NCBI GenBank assembly: GCA_963801165.1
Contig: CAWDDT010000006.1
Location: forward strand, 320,001-384,000
From: an uncultured bacterium
Lineage (GTDB): Bacteria > Actinomycetota > Acidimicrobiia > Spongiisociales > UBA5794
Direction: 5' to 3'
DNA: 64,000 nt
Part shown: positions 1 to 8,558 of the stretch, in pieces
Numbering within the stretch: the first letter of the stretch is position 1
How the letters are laid out: every line of letters begins with the position of its first letter
Position numbers and translations under genes: made by a program
The notes under the pieces: model-generated
Databases searched by the model: none
What the model saw: the letters and a program-made list of their open reading frames with translations, nothing else
Told to the model about the DNA's origin: nothing

Positions 1-254
1 CCTCGCATGACGTGAACTGTCCACTCCCACCACATCCCGGCTGGGACGAGCACACCGATCGATCCGGCCTTTCCGTTGGCCAGGGATTGAGCTCTGGCGG
101 CGGGAACGTAGCCCAGCTCATCCATCGCAAGACGGATGCGCTCGACGGTGCCGGCGCCTAGCTCCCCCTTGCCGTTCAAGACTCGCGACACGCTTGTCTT
201 CGACACCCCGGCCTGCCGCGCTACGTCGGCCATCGTCGCTCGGCGAACAGTCAT
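1..254 (-). CDS. LacI-family transcriptional regulator (5' part only; runs off the window start)
   Basis: Manual translation from ATG 254: MTVRRATMADVARQAGVSKTSVSRVLNG...LGYVPAARAQSLANGKAGSIGVLV is a LacI HTH plus hinge. GGGAGG RBS upstream. Not in the ORF track because it is truncated. Confidence 0.9.
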   Translation of the reverse strand, partial: MTVRRATMADVARQAGVSKTSVSRVLNGKGELGAGTVERIRLAMDELGYVPAARAQSLANGKAGSIGVLVPAGMWWEWTVHVMR

Positions 255-282
255 TCGGTCCAAACCTCCCAATGGGAAATGC

Positions 283-347
283 GCAACCGGTTCCGCAACC
301 GGTTCCGTAAGCGGTTCCAAAGTACCAATCCTGGGACCATCCGTCAA
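283..347 (-). promoter_or_regulatory. Sigma70-type promoter of the LacI gene with three tandem operator-like 12-mers
   Basis: Minus strand reads TTGACG (342-347) - 17 nt - TACTTT (319-324). GCAACCGGTTCC x2 plus GTAAGCGGTTCC lie at 283-318, directly downstream of the -10 box. Confidence 0.7.
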
Positions 348-416
348 GGGAGGAGCGCCGCCAGCAAAGAAGCCGGGGCGGCCAATGGGCGGGATGCACC
401 GGCGTACCGGTGTCGC

Positions 417-1388
417 TCAGACCGTGGGATCTACTCCTCGAGCCCTGATCTCATCGAGCCAGCTATGGGCGGCAAGCGTATGGGAATGCGGCAGCAGGTC
501 GCTCTGCGTTCGCCCCGCCCGAACACAGCGCTCGACCTCTTCCACCTCAGGCAGAAGGCCGTGCCCATCCCCGTCCAGCTCGATCACGGTCGGTTCATCA
601 CCCGGTCGAGTGACAACCAGCTGACGGCTCAGATGGAACGGCGCCCGGATAGAAATCGAGCCGGCGGGACCGGCGACAACGGCCTCGCTTGGTGCCGCGT
701 TGATGAACGAGACGCCAAGCACAGCCACTGCACCATTGCGATGACGAGACAGCACACGAGTTTCGAGGTCCACCCCGGTCGGTCCGATGGTGACTTGGGT
801 TTCCGTCTCGAGGGGCGGGCCGAGAAGAAGCAAGGCAAGATTGATCGGATACACACCGATGTCCGCCAGCGCACCGCCACCGAGGTCAGCGTTCATCCAC
901 CGACGCCGAGGGTCCGTGTCGGCCAGGTATGACATGTTGGCCTGTACGTAGTTGATCGGTCCGGTCGCGCCCGTGTCTACAAGCTGCTGAATCCTCTCGA
1001 AGAACGGCTGGAAACGCATCCACATGGCTTCCATGAGGAACACGCCCGATTCCTCGCTCGCCCGCATGAGGAGCCGCGCTTGGTGCGCATCGAGTGCAAG
1101 TGGCTTCTCGCACAAGACGGCCGTACCACGGTCAATGCAGCTCATGACATTGGCGAAGTGTCGGTCGTTGGTGGTCGCCACGTAGACGACGTCGACGTCA
1201 TCAGCGGCGGCAACCGCCTCATGAGAGGACTCGGCGCGGCCTGAGCCGAGCTGATCCGTGAGCTCGGCCGCGGCGCCCTCCCGGGATGAGCCAACGGCGG
1301 CCACGATCCGACCCGACGATGTAAGAACGTCCGCCATCGCCCGCGCCATGCCACCAGTGCCCATAATGCCCCAATGCAGTGGCGTCAT
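417..1388 (-). CDS. Gfo/Idh/MocA-family oxidoreductase
   Basis: WGIMGTGGMA Rossmann start, VYVATTNDRH, VLCEKP, GGALADIGVYP. Start reset to MTPLHW (1388). Confidence 0.9.
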   Translation of the reverse strand: MTPLHWGIMGTGGMARAMADVLTSSGRIVAAVGSSREGAAAELTDQLGSGRAESSHEAVAAADDVDVVYVATTNDRHFANVMSCIDRGTAVLCEKPLALDAHQARLLMRASEESGVFLMEAMWMRFQPFFERIQQLVDTGATGPINYVQANMSYLADTDPRRRWMNADLGGGALADIGVYPINLALLLLGPPLETETQVTIGPTGVDLETRVLSRHRNGAVAVLGVSFINAAPSEAVVAGPAGSISIRAPFHLSRQLVVTRPGDEPTVIELDGDGHGLLPEVEEVERCVRAGRTQSDLLPHSHTLAAHSWLDEIRARGVDPTV

Positions 1389-1595
1389 CGGTGTTCTCGA
1401 CGCGGTGCGACCGGCAACACCCGCGGCCACACCGCGGAGCCGCTGTCCGGCCGCATAGTTGTTGTCGTCACGCAGATCACAGGAGCGAACAGTAGCGGGA
1501 GCCTCCGCTAGCTTGGCTTCACGTCCGCCGCAGTTCTGGCGATCAGTTTGACGAACGTCCCGATTTGTGGCCCGGCCCATGTCGTCTCCTGATCG

Positions 1596-2255
1596 TCACC
1601 CGCTTCGTGAGTTCTTGGGATGGAGGTGGTAGCGGAGGTGGGTGACGAGTGGCGAGTGAATCGCCTCCGCGATCTCGATTCCGATTCGATTGGTGTCGAG
1701 GCCGTCGAGTAGCGGTGTGCCGCCACCGAACACCACGGGCGCCAGGTCGATAGCCAGCTCGTCGACTAGACCGGCGTTGAGATACTGGACGATGACGTTG
1801 GCTCCTCCCGAGATCCGGATGTCGTCTTCGCCCGCCACCTCACGTGCCTGCTCGAGGGCACCCTCTATCCCATCGTTGACGAAGTGGAAGGTCGTGCCGC
1901 CGGGACGGACCCAGGGCTCGCGGACCGCGTGGGTGAGCACGAACACCGGCGTGTGGAAGGGCGCCTCCTCGGGCCACATCGCTTCGCCCAACTCGAACAT
2001 CCGCTTGCCCATGATGCTCACACCGGTGCGCTCGAACGTCCTGCGCACGATGTCGTTGTCCTCCCCGGTCTCCCCACCCTCACCAAGCCCCAGGCGTTGT
2101 TGGAAGTACTCCTGCTGCAACAGCCAGTTCTGCATCTGAGACCACTTCTCCGCCCAACCCAGATGCTCGGGATCGAAGGCATGATCGACATCCATCCCCT
2201 CCGGCGCCATGTAGCCGTCGAGGGTCATACCTACGCTGACAAAGACCTTGCTCAC
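1596..2255 (-). CDS. Dihydrofolate reductase-like (RibD C-terminal) family protein
   Basis: MTLDGY, IMGKRMF, PVFVLTH, ISGGANVIVQYLNAGLVDEL, PVVFGGGTPL. Confidence 0.85.
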   Translation of the reverse strand: MSKVFVSVGMTLDGYMAPEGMDVDHAFDPEHLGWAEKWSQMQNWLLQQEYFQQRLGLGEGGETGEDNDIVRRTFERTGVSIMGKRMFELGEAMWPEEAPFHTPVFVLTHAVREPWVRPGGTTFHFVNDGIEGALEQAREVAGEDDIRISGGANVIVQYLNAGLVDELAIDLAPVVFGGGTPLLDGLDTNRIGIEIAEAIHSPLVTHLRYHLHPKNSRSG

Positions 2256-2722
2256 GATTTGCCCCTGTTTCTTTCAACATGGGCAGCAAGGCGAGACAGC
2301 GTCTGCTCGGCGCCCTCGATGGCGTGGAAACGCTCTACGGCGCGATCCCGCAGCTCCTTGGTCTTGAACACCGAGCGGAGGGTGACCTCGCAGTCACCGA
2401 CCTGCTCGTCAAAGGTCACCGTTGAGACGAAGGCGTCGGGATCGTCCCTCCTCGACCCGTGACGCATGACGATCCGCTCCGGCAGTGAGATCTCGAGGTA
2501 CTCGACGTGATTCGGATAGTCGGTGCCATCGGGACCATGCATCGTGTAGTCCCACACACCACCGGGCCGGAACTCGAACGCATGTGTCGTCGTCGAGAAC
2601 CCTGTTGGCCCAAACCACTTCGACAGATGACGGACCTCGCTGAACGCCTCGAAGACGAGATCCCTCGGCGCCTCGATCGTCCTCGAGACGACGACCTCCC
2701 GATCCTTCTCCTCATCCGTCAT
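2252..2722 (-). CDS. SRPBCC/AHSA1 (START-like) domain protein
   Basis: SRTIEAPRDLVFEAFS...WFGP...FRPGGVW...MHGPDG. Confidence 0.85.
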   Translation of the reverse strand: MTDEEKDREVVVSRTIEAPRDLVFEAFSEVRHLSKWFGPTGFSTTTHAFEFRPGGVWDYTMHGPDGTDYPNHVEYLEISLPERIVMRHGSRRDDPDAFVSTVTFDEQVGDCEVTLRSVFKTKELRDRAVERFHAIEGAEQTLSRLAAHVERNRGKS

Positions 2723-3056
2723 CCTTCGTGCCCTCCTTCATCGTCTTTACGTATTCGTTGAGACGGTCGAAGCTCTCGTTCCAGAACTCCTCGAAACCGC
2801 CGGTCCATTCATGGATCTTGCGCAGCCCACCAGCATCCAACCCATACACACGTTGTTTGCCAACCTGGTGCACATGAACCAGGCCAACCTCTCTCAACAC
2901 GCGCAGGTGTTTCGAAGTGGCCGGTTGTCTGAGGCCGATCTCGTCGGCGACACCGCCAACTGAGAGCTCGCTGTGTTTGAGCACAGTGAGAATCCTCCGA
3001 CGCTGCGGCTCGGCAATTGCATTGAAGACATCAGAGGTAGTGGCGGCTCGTGCCAT
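2712..3056 (-). CDS. ArsR/SmtB-family transcriptional regulator
   Basis: DVFNAIAEPQRRRIL...QPATSKHLRVLREVGLV; first gene of an ArsR-SRPBCC-DHFR operon. Confidence 0.9.
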   Translation of the reverse strand: MARAATTSDVFNAIAEPQRRRILTVLKHSELSVGGVADEIGLRQPATSKHLRVLREVGLVHVHQVGKQRVYGLDAGGLRKIHEWTGGFEEFWNESFDRLNEYVKTMKEGTKDDG

Positions 3057-3063
3057 GAAGGCA

Positions 3064-3091
3064 AGCATATTCCTATATAGGCACGTGTCAA
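3064..3091 (-). promoter_or_regulatory. Promoter of the ArsR operon with a palindromic operator
   Basis: Minus strand reads TTGACA-16 nt-TATGCT, 7 nt before ATG 3056 (probably leaderless). Perfect palindrome CCTATATAGG at 3072-3081 in the spacer. Confidence 0.65.
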
Positions 3092-3297
3092 ACTCGGCGA
3101 AGACTGCCAGTGCAACGAGACATAGTCACAACCATCCCGGGCAACCGAGGGAGCGTTCGACTTCGACCTCTAGGGTGTGCTCGTGTTCCTCGGCTGTCAC
3201 GGCAACGGCCTGCGGATCCTGGATGTCGCAGACTGAATACGGGCGAGGAGACCGAGTACAACTTCAGGCGAACGCGTCAGACCGAATGTGCTCGCAG

Positions 3298-3723
3298 CTA
3301 TCCGCCCCGGCCACCATCGTCGAGGTCACTCCATACCTCCCCTTGCTGGTTGACATACCGTGCGTTGTGTGCGTCACGGAGTCGCCACAGTGGATAGAGC
3401 GGAGAACGCGAAGCGCGACAGGACTGCCAAACGAGATCGGTTGTCGCACCGGGCATCCTGGCCAGGCTTGTTGCCGTTTCCGCATTTATCGCGAGGTGCT
3501 CGCTGCCGCCTGGTAGTACCGCCCATTCGGCCACTTCCTTTGACGATGCGTCTACGGTCGCAACGCCCGTCCGTGATCCCTGCGGCCCAAAGACAACCAG
3601 GTAATAGTGCTTGCCAACCTTGTCGAGACGCTGGACTCGTACAACGTCCGCCCGCACGGACTCTTCGATCCCTATTCGGGCGCGAGCCAGCGATACCGCC
3701 TCAGCCGCCTCATCGGAAATCAA
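3298..3723 (-). CDS. Hypothetical protein, paralogous to the C-terminal domain of the upstream peptidase (tandem PepSY-like)
   Basis: Shares VQRLD..YYLV, LVW..CR.S.SP.YP and terminal GRG motifs with 3748-4965. Confidence 0.7.
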   Translation of the reverse strand: MISDEAAEAVSLARARIGIEESVRADVVRVQRLDKVGKHYYLVVFGPQGSRTGVATVDASSKEVAEWAVLPGGSEHLAINAETATSLARMPGATTDLVWQSCRASRSPLYPLWRLRDAHNARYVNQQGEVWSDLDDGGRGG

Positions 3724-3747
3724 GGACCCTTCGTCCTTCCCCTGTCG

Positions 3748-4965
3748 CTAGATCCCGCGTCCTGCCGGATGGAGTTGCGTAAAGACCGCGCCATCAACCC
3801 GAATGTACAGTCGGTGCCCGCCAATGGTCACCATGTGGAAGGGATAGAACGGGCTGAGCGATTCCCGGCAAGGCTTCCAAACAAGGGTTGGGTACAAGCA
3901 ATACGCGTCGGGCCGGACCCGCACACGTCCCAGAGGTTCATCCAGGTCGAATACCCGGCCGGCGATCATTTCGACAGCTCGACGTGGATCGAGCATCTCG
4001 AATACCGTCTGTGCTCGAGACAATGCCCCGGTCTCCCGGTAGTCGCCGAAGCGTCCGTCCACACTGACGAAAGCGCTTGCCCGGTCGTTCGAAACCATCG
4101 GGACCAGGTAGTAGAACGTATCCGTGACATCAAGTCGCTGGACCAGGTGTGGCTGCGACGGCTCTGTTCCTTCGAGGATCCGACCCCAATCCTCGCGACG
4201 GCGCAGCCCGTATTGCTCGAGCCCGCGGATGGCGAGCTCAATGGCTTCCCCGCCATCCAGAAGCCGCTCTCCAGACAGCCGCTCTGGACGCGGGGCCTGG
4301 TCTCCCAGCCGTTGTGCCGGCGGATCCGGATCGCAAACGGCGACAAAGTCACCCTTCCAATGCCCGGAGGGGACGCCCGTCATATAGGTGGATTTCCAGG
4401 TTGCGTACGCGATGTGTTGGTTGTCGATGCCGTGATTCCCACCCGTTCCGCAGCCATCACCGCCCGAGTGCGGTGGTGGCGGTGGTGGAGGAGGAGCCGA
4501 TGGAGCGTACCAACTCGGACAAGGCGGCCACGGGTTGTTGACATCGAACGCCGTGATCGTGTAGCCCGTATCGGATGACGACGACGGTGCCGCGCTCGCG
4601 TCAAACCCTCGGATGACGATCCAGTGGTCCCACCCGAATACCAGAGCTGCTGGAGCAACTTGATAGTGGTGGATAGTCCATACGAGTTTGCGAGAGATGG
4701 TGTCCTCGGTGGAGGGTGAGTACGTGACGAACCAACCGCCGAAGCCGGCGGGTCGCCGGTCGTTGAGGGTCCATTGCAGGCCGTCGGGGGCGGTATACCA
4801 TGCCGACTCGATCGTGCTGTGGTTGTGATTGTCCGTATACAGGTCGTCTTGGTCGAGCAAGCCTGCGCCGATCGAGTCGAGAATCATCTGGGCGCATGCG
4901 GCACCGCAGTAGTAGTCGGTGTCTTGCTGGTGGTAGGCGACGGTCAGGTCTTCCTGGGTGGCCAT
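3748..4965 (-). CDS. Papain-like (C39-like) cysteine peptidase with a poly-Pro linker and C-terminal accessory domain
   Basis: YHQQDTDYYCGAACAQMIL (Gln, Cys), DHWIVIRGFD (His), VNNPW (Asn). GGAGG RBS before ATG 4965. No signal peptide evident. Confidence 0.75.
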   Translation of the reverse strand: MATQEDLTVAYHQQDTDYYCGAACAQMILDSIGAGLLDQDDLYTDNHNHSTIESAWYTAPDGLQWTLNDRRPAGFGGWFVTYSPSTEDTISRKLVWTIHHYQVAPAALVFGWDHWIVIRGFDASAAPSSSSDTGYTITAFDVNNPWPPCPSWYAPSAPPPPPPPPHSGGDGCGTGGNHGIDNQHIAYATWKSTYMTGVPSGHWKGDFVAVCDPDPPAQRLGDQAPRPERLSGERLLDGGEAIELAIRGLEQYGLRRREDWGRILEGTEPSQPHLVQRLDVTDTFYYLVPMVSNDRASAFVSVDGRFGDYRETGALSRAQTVFEMLDPRRAVEMIAGRVFDLDEPLGRVRVRPDAYCLYPTLVWKPCRESLSPFYPFHMVTIGGHRLYIRVDGAVFTQLHPAGRGI

Positions 4966-5220
4966 GATCTCCTCCGATCTGAAGCCATCCGTGGTGTAAC
5001 GACACGACAAGCAGCTCGCTATGCGACGCAGCCCTGACCACCGCACACACCCCGGCCCGGCGGGGCGGACCTGCGCACTCCACCGCGTCACACGTCAGCT
5101 CGGAAATCGCGCCGTCGACACCGCGCGAGTTACCCGTAATTATCCTCCGCGTAGCTGTGGACGGTCGCGGATGTTTTCGCGAGCTGGTTGACCACCACGG
5201 TTGGCACCGCCAGTGCCGAG

Positions 5221-5239
5221 ACCCGTGGCCTCTTGACCC
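5221..5239. repeat. Degenerate third copy of the tRNA-Pro att sequence
   Basis: ACCCGTGGCCTCTTGACCC matches 9786-9804 (ACCCGCGACCTCTTGACCC) at 17/19 positions, in the same orientation. Confidence 0.5.
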
Positions 5240-5411
5240 GAGCTGGAAAAGCGGGGATCCGAGGATACTGGGGAAATGTGCAACACATGCCCCTGGCCTC
5301 AGCGTTCTTCAGCCGGAAAACGCCATTCTCCAACCGCACGACCTCAGTTTTCCCCGGGAAGTGCCGTCTGTCCGCAACCCGGCGCACGTGTCGAGGCATC
5401 ACCGCTGAGGA

Positions 5412-5729
5412 TCAGAGTGGGTCGAGGCGGGCCTCGAGCAGACAGAACGTGTTGCCTTCGGGGTCGGCCAGGACATGCCCCCCCTCGTCCCCCGTCTAGC
5501 CGACATGGGCCGGACGAGCACCGAGTTCGAGAAGGCGTTCGCGTTCAGCGTCCTGATCGCGGTGGGTGGCGTTGACGTCGATATGCAGCCGGGACTTCCC
5601 CTTCTCCGGCTCATCCCTGCGACTGAGGATGATCGTCGGCTGCGGACCGCCGAACCCTGCGCGCGGCCCGATCTCGAGCGTGCCGTCGTCCAGGCGATCG
5701 AGCACGAGCTCACTGATACGACATACCAT
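5412..5729 (-). pseudogene. VOC/glyoxalase-family pseudogene
   Basis: MVCRISELVL...KSRLHIDV...ERLLELGA...HVG*TGDEGGHVLADPEGNTFCLL. In-frame TAG at 5496-5498, and the N-terminal helix segment appears lost. Confidence 0.8.
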
Positions 5730-6045
5730 TAACGAAACCGCCCTCGGCCTCGGAACTGCCGGTGAGGCCACACGCGTACCTCACGCCCCCAGCACCGTAA
5801 ACAATCCCGCGATCGTACCGGACGAGGAGACCACGGGAGAAGTGATTTCCGGGCTGCCCATGGTGACACGAACCGCCTCCGGACCGCTAGGGCGCGACGT
5901 GACGGCGGATGGTGGTTCTACTGGGCGACAATCGGCTGGGGGCGGGGTTCGGGCAGAACATGGTGGCGTCCTCAAAGATCGACCCACCAACGGTTGTGAC
6001 GCTGCGGCAGAACATGGTCTTGTCGCGAAGGAGATACGGAAGTTC

Positions 6046-7431
6046 TTAGGCCTTCACCCGCTCGATCGAGCGGTCCGCACGCAGCACAACGAGCCGTGCC
6101 GCCGCTGACGGCGTGAAGCGCTCGCTGGCAAAGACAACCGCCTCTCGTTTCGTCGCAAATACTCGCTTCGAGATCGCCTTCCCGCGCACTCGATGCACCT
6201 GCCAGCCGCCCGCTGCTCTCGGCTCGACTGTGTCGGTGAGCGACTTCGTGTCGGGGAATGCGTATAGACCCGGCCGACGCGGCAACCATTCGAGATGAGC
6301 GCGATCTGCCGGGATACCCGGCGTAGCTGCGGCGTCGGGTGTCAGCGGCGACGTGGCCCAGAATGTTGTGAACGGCTGCGTCCAGTCGACGGCCTCTGCG
6401 TACGACATCACGGTGCTCCGAGCCGAGTCGATGGCAGCGTCTGTCGACTGACGCCCCAGGAAGTGGAGCCCCTGACGTAGCATGCGCAGCCCCACCGTGA
6501 GCAGCGGTGGACCGAGATTGGCGGCCCGTACCAGTGAGTCGGCAGCCGCCTCCAGGTCACGTTGTTGCGGGTCCCAGAGCATCTGCAAACCGTGGATGAT
6601 GGCGGCATCGGGCAGATAGCTTTTCCAGTTCTCGAAATTGCCGGGCCAGTAATGGAGCCGCCCGTACTCCCCTGCCTTGAGCAGGTAATAGCCTCCGATG
6701 GCCGCGCCCGTAGGATCCGCGAGCTTCTCGAACAACAGACGCTCCGCGGCAACCATTCGACCGGTCTCGACCTCGCCCCGGCTCAGATACCGAAGCACCG
6801 AATCAACCTGGCGGTCGTGTTTGGACGCGAGGTCCGAGGCAATCGATACGCTCACGGCCATTCCTCGCCCGTCCGTAGCCATAGGGGCGACCGGCCGGAT
6901 AGCGATCGAGGCTAGCGATTCAGCCGGGAGGACAGAGACACGTGGCGTGGCCGCTGGTGATCCGATAAGCACGTAGTTCATGCCGCGCGGCAGGAGGTCT
7001 TTGAAGGTGATCTTCCAGGAGATCAGGTCCGACTCGCTGTAGCTGGCGGGCCACGGCTGCGGGTTCGCCCCCCATAGCTGAACCCAGGGTGTCTCTGCTG
7101 CGCTCCGGCGGTGGCTCCGGTACCGTTCCGGGGCGGGCGCTTGCCCGGCGGCCGTCTCCCAACTCAGCCACTCGTGCTGCGACGGCGGCGCTGGGATGTC
7201 GACCTCCCCTTCGCTCGAGGCAGCCACCTGGATCAGACGTCCCCCCGGGAATCTGGCCCGCACCACGTGTCGCTCGCCGGTTACCTCGACACCGGTCACA
7301 TCGCCTACCTGTAGCGACCTTTCTATGAGCAGCTCACCCGAGTCCGCATCGATGATCTCGGCAGTCAGGAGAGCCCCGTCGAGCCGGTTGCCGCCCGTGG
7401 TGTTGATGACCCTGATGTCGAGATGAGTCAT
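6046..7431 (-). CDS. Caspase-associated hypothetical protein with a C-terminal DUF2188-like domain
   Basis: ATGA overlap with the caspase stop. Core LLFEKLADPTGAAIGGYYLL...WPGNFENWKSYLPDAAIIHG. Tail GGWQVHR...FATKREAV...LVVLRADRSI resembles DUF2188. Confidence 0.7.
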   Translation of the reverse strand: MTHLDIRVINTTGGNRLDGALLTAEIIDADSGELLIERSLQVGDVTGVEVTGERHVVRARFPGGRLIQVAASSEGEVDIPAPPSQHEWLSWETAAGQAPAPERYRSHRRSAAETPWVQLWGANPQPWPASYSESDLISWKITFKDLLPRGMNYVLIGSPAATPRVSVLPAESLASIAIRPVAPMATDGRGMAVSVSIASDLASKHDRQVDSVLRYLSRGEVETGRMVAAERLLFEKLADPTGAAIGGYYLLKAGEYGRLHYWPGNFENWKSYLPDAAIIHGLQMLWDPQQRDLEAAADSLVRAANLGPPLLTVGLRMLRQGLHFLGRQSTDAAIDSARSTVMSYAEAVDWTQPFTTFWATSPLTPDAAATPGIPADRAHLEWLPRRPGLYAFPDTKSLTDTVEPRAAGGWQVHRVRGKAISKRVFATKREAVVFASERFTPSAAARLVVLRADRSIERVKA

Positions 7432-8558
7432 TCCTCGAGCTCCCATGCGATCTCGGGGTGAGGTGGCTGCGGATTCACCGTCGCTTCATAGGGACGCCAT
7501 CGCCGTGAGAACGTCGCCCGGCCTTGGTACTCCTTGACGGGGAGGCGTATGTGCCACGGTTCAGCACCGTCGAGTCGATGCGCGACGGGTTGACCGGCCC
7601 CCGCCTCGAAGATCGACAGCTCGACACCATCGGTCTCGTGGCCCGGGACGAGCATGATCGTCACAGGGATATCACCAGGACTGTCGGTGCAGTGAATGAG
7701 CGATTCGCGCCGTCCTCCTTCCGGCTGCGAGGTCTGTCGCGGGGCGCCCTCGTGCGCCTGCGCGTATGACATCGCCGCTTCCACACCTTCGGCGAGGTGG
7801 GAGGTGGAGACCCACCACGCACCGCGTCTCGGCCGGCATCCCATCCCCCGGAACGACGCAAGGATCGCTTGGGTAAACGCAGCCACACCCGCTACCTGTC
7901 CATAGGCCGGGTCGGTGGGCAACGTGGCGTAGAGACCGAAGGAATCAACGGCCAGATTCTGGTCAGCCAGCCAATCCGGGATCACCTCCCCGAGTTCGTT
8001 GCCGACCCGAAGAGATTCGAGGGAGACCTGACGACAGGCATCCGCAAAGAAACACTGGATCTTCGCCCGACAAGATGTAGCCATCGCCACGCGGGAGTCG
8101 TCGAAGTTGATTGCATTAGCGAATGGCTGACTGTCCGGGTCGCCGAAATCGGCGACGAGTAGTCCCAGGTGACCTCTCATCAGCCCGTGGCCGCAGAAGT
8201 AGAACATGGCGACGTTGTCTTCATTGCGGTTGCAGCGATCCACCCATTGCCGGAAAGCCGGCCGCAACTCTTCCATGGTTGGTCGTCCGATCCGTTTTGC
8301 CCGGGCCGAGCCGGGGGGTCGGAATCTGCGCGTCGGCGAGACGAGTAAGTCCAGGCTGCCCAGCGGTGCCTCGGAGTTCGTTAGCTCATCCCGGAGAAAG
8401 GTGGCAAACGCCAGTGCGGATTCGGGTGGAGAACTGAGTTTGGCAGTCAGGTTGAGGCCGGCCACGCGAGGGTCATCGATGTAGTCGTATTCGCCGACGC
8501 CGACAACGAGCGCGTGGGTGCGGGGCTCGGCCGATCCGTCGTCGTACAGCGCAGTCAT
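7428..8558 (-). CDS. Caspase-family (peptidase C14) protein
   Basis: HALVVGVGEY, FYFCGHG (His), FFADACR (Cys), FTQAIL. ATGA overlaps on both sides. Confidence 0.9.
   Translation of the reverse strand: MTALYDDGSAEPRTHALVVGVGEYDYIDDPRVAGLNLTAKLSSPPESALAFATFLRDELTNSEAPLGSLDLLVSPTRRFRPPGSARAKRIGRPTMEELRPAFRQWVDRCNRNEDNVAMFYFCGHGLMRGHLGLLVADFGDPDSQPFANAINFDDSRVAMATSCRAKIQCFFADACRQVSLESLRVGNELGEVIPDWLADQNLAVDSFGLYATLPTDPAYGQVAGVAAFTQAILASFRGMGCRPRRGAWWVSTSHLAEGVEAAMSYAQAHEGAPRQTSQPEGGRRESLIHCTDSPGDIPVTIMLVPGHETDGVELSIFEAGAGQPVAHRLDGAEPWHIRLPVKEYQGRATFSRRWRPYEATVNPQPPHPEIAWELEE

Noticed and set aside
3120-3290. Possible transposase fragment (minus strand ...LEVEVERSLGCPG)
   Set aside because: Too short, with no catalytic motifs or terminal repeats.
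5496-5498. Amber recoding in the VOC gene
   Set aside because: The gene also appears to have an internal deletion; a CAG>TAG nonsense change is simpler.
5952-6018. 13-bp direct repeat GGCAGAACATGGT (5952, 6006)
   Set aside because: Only two copies, not a proper LexA palindrome, and no adjacent gene start to regulate; no function can be supported.
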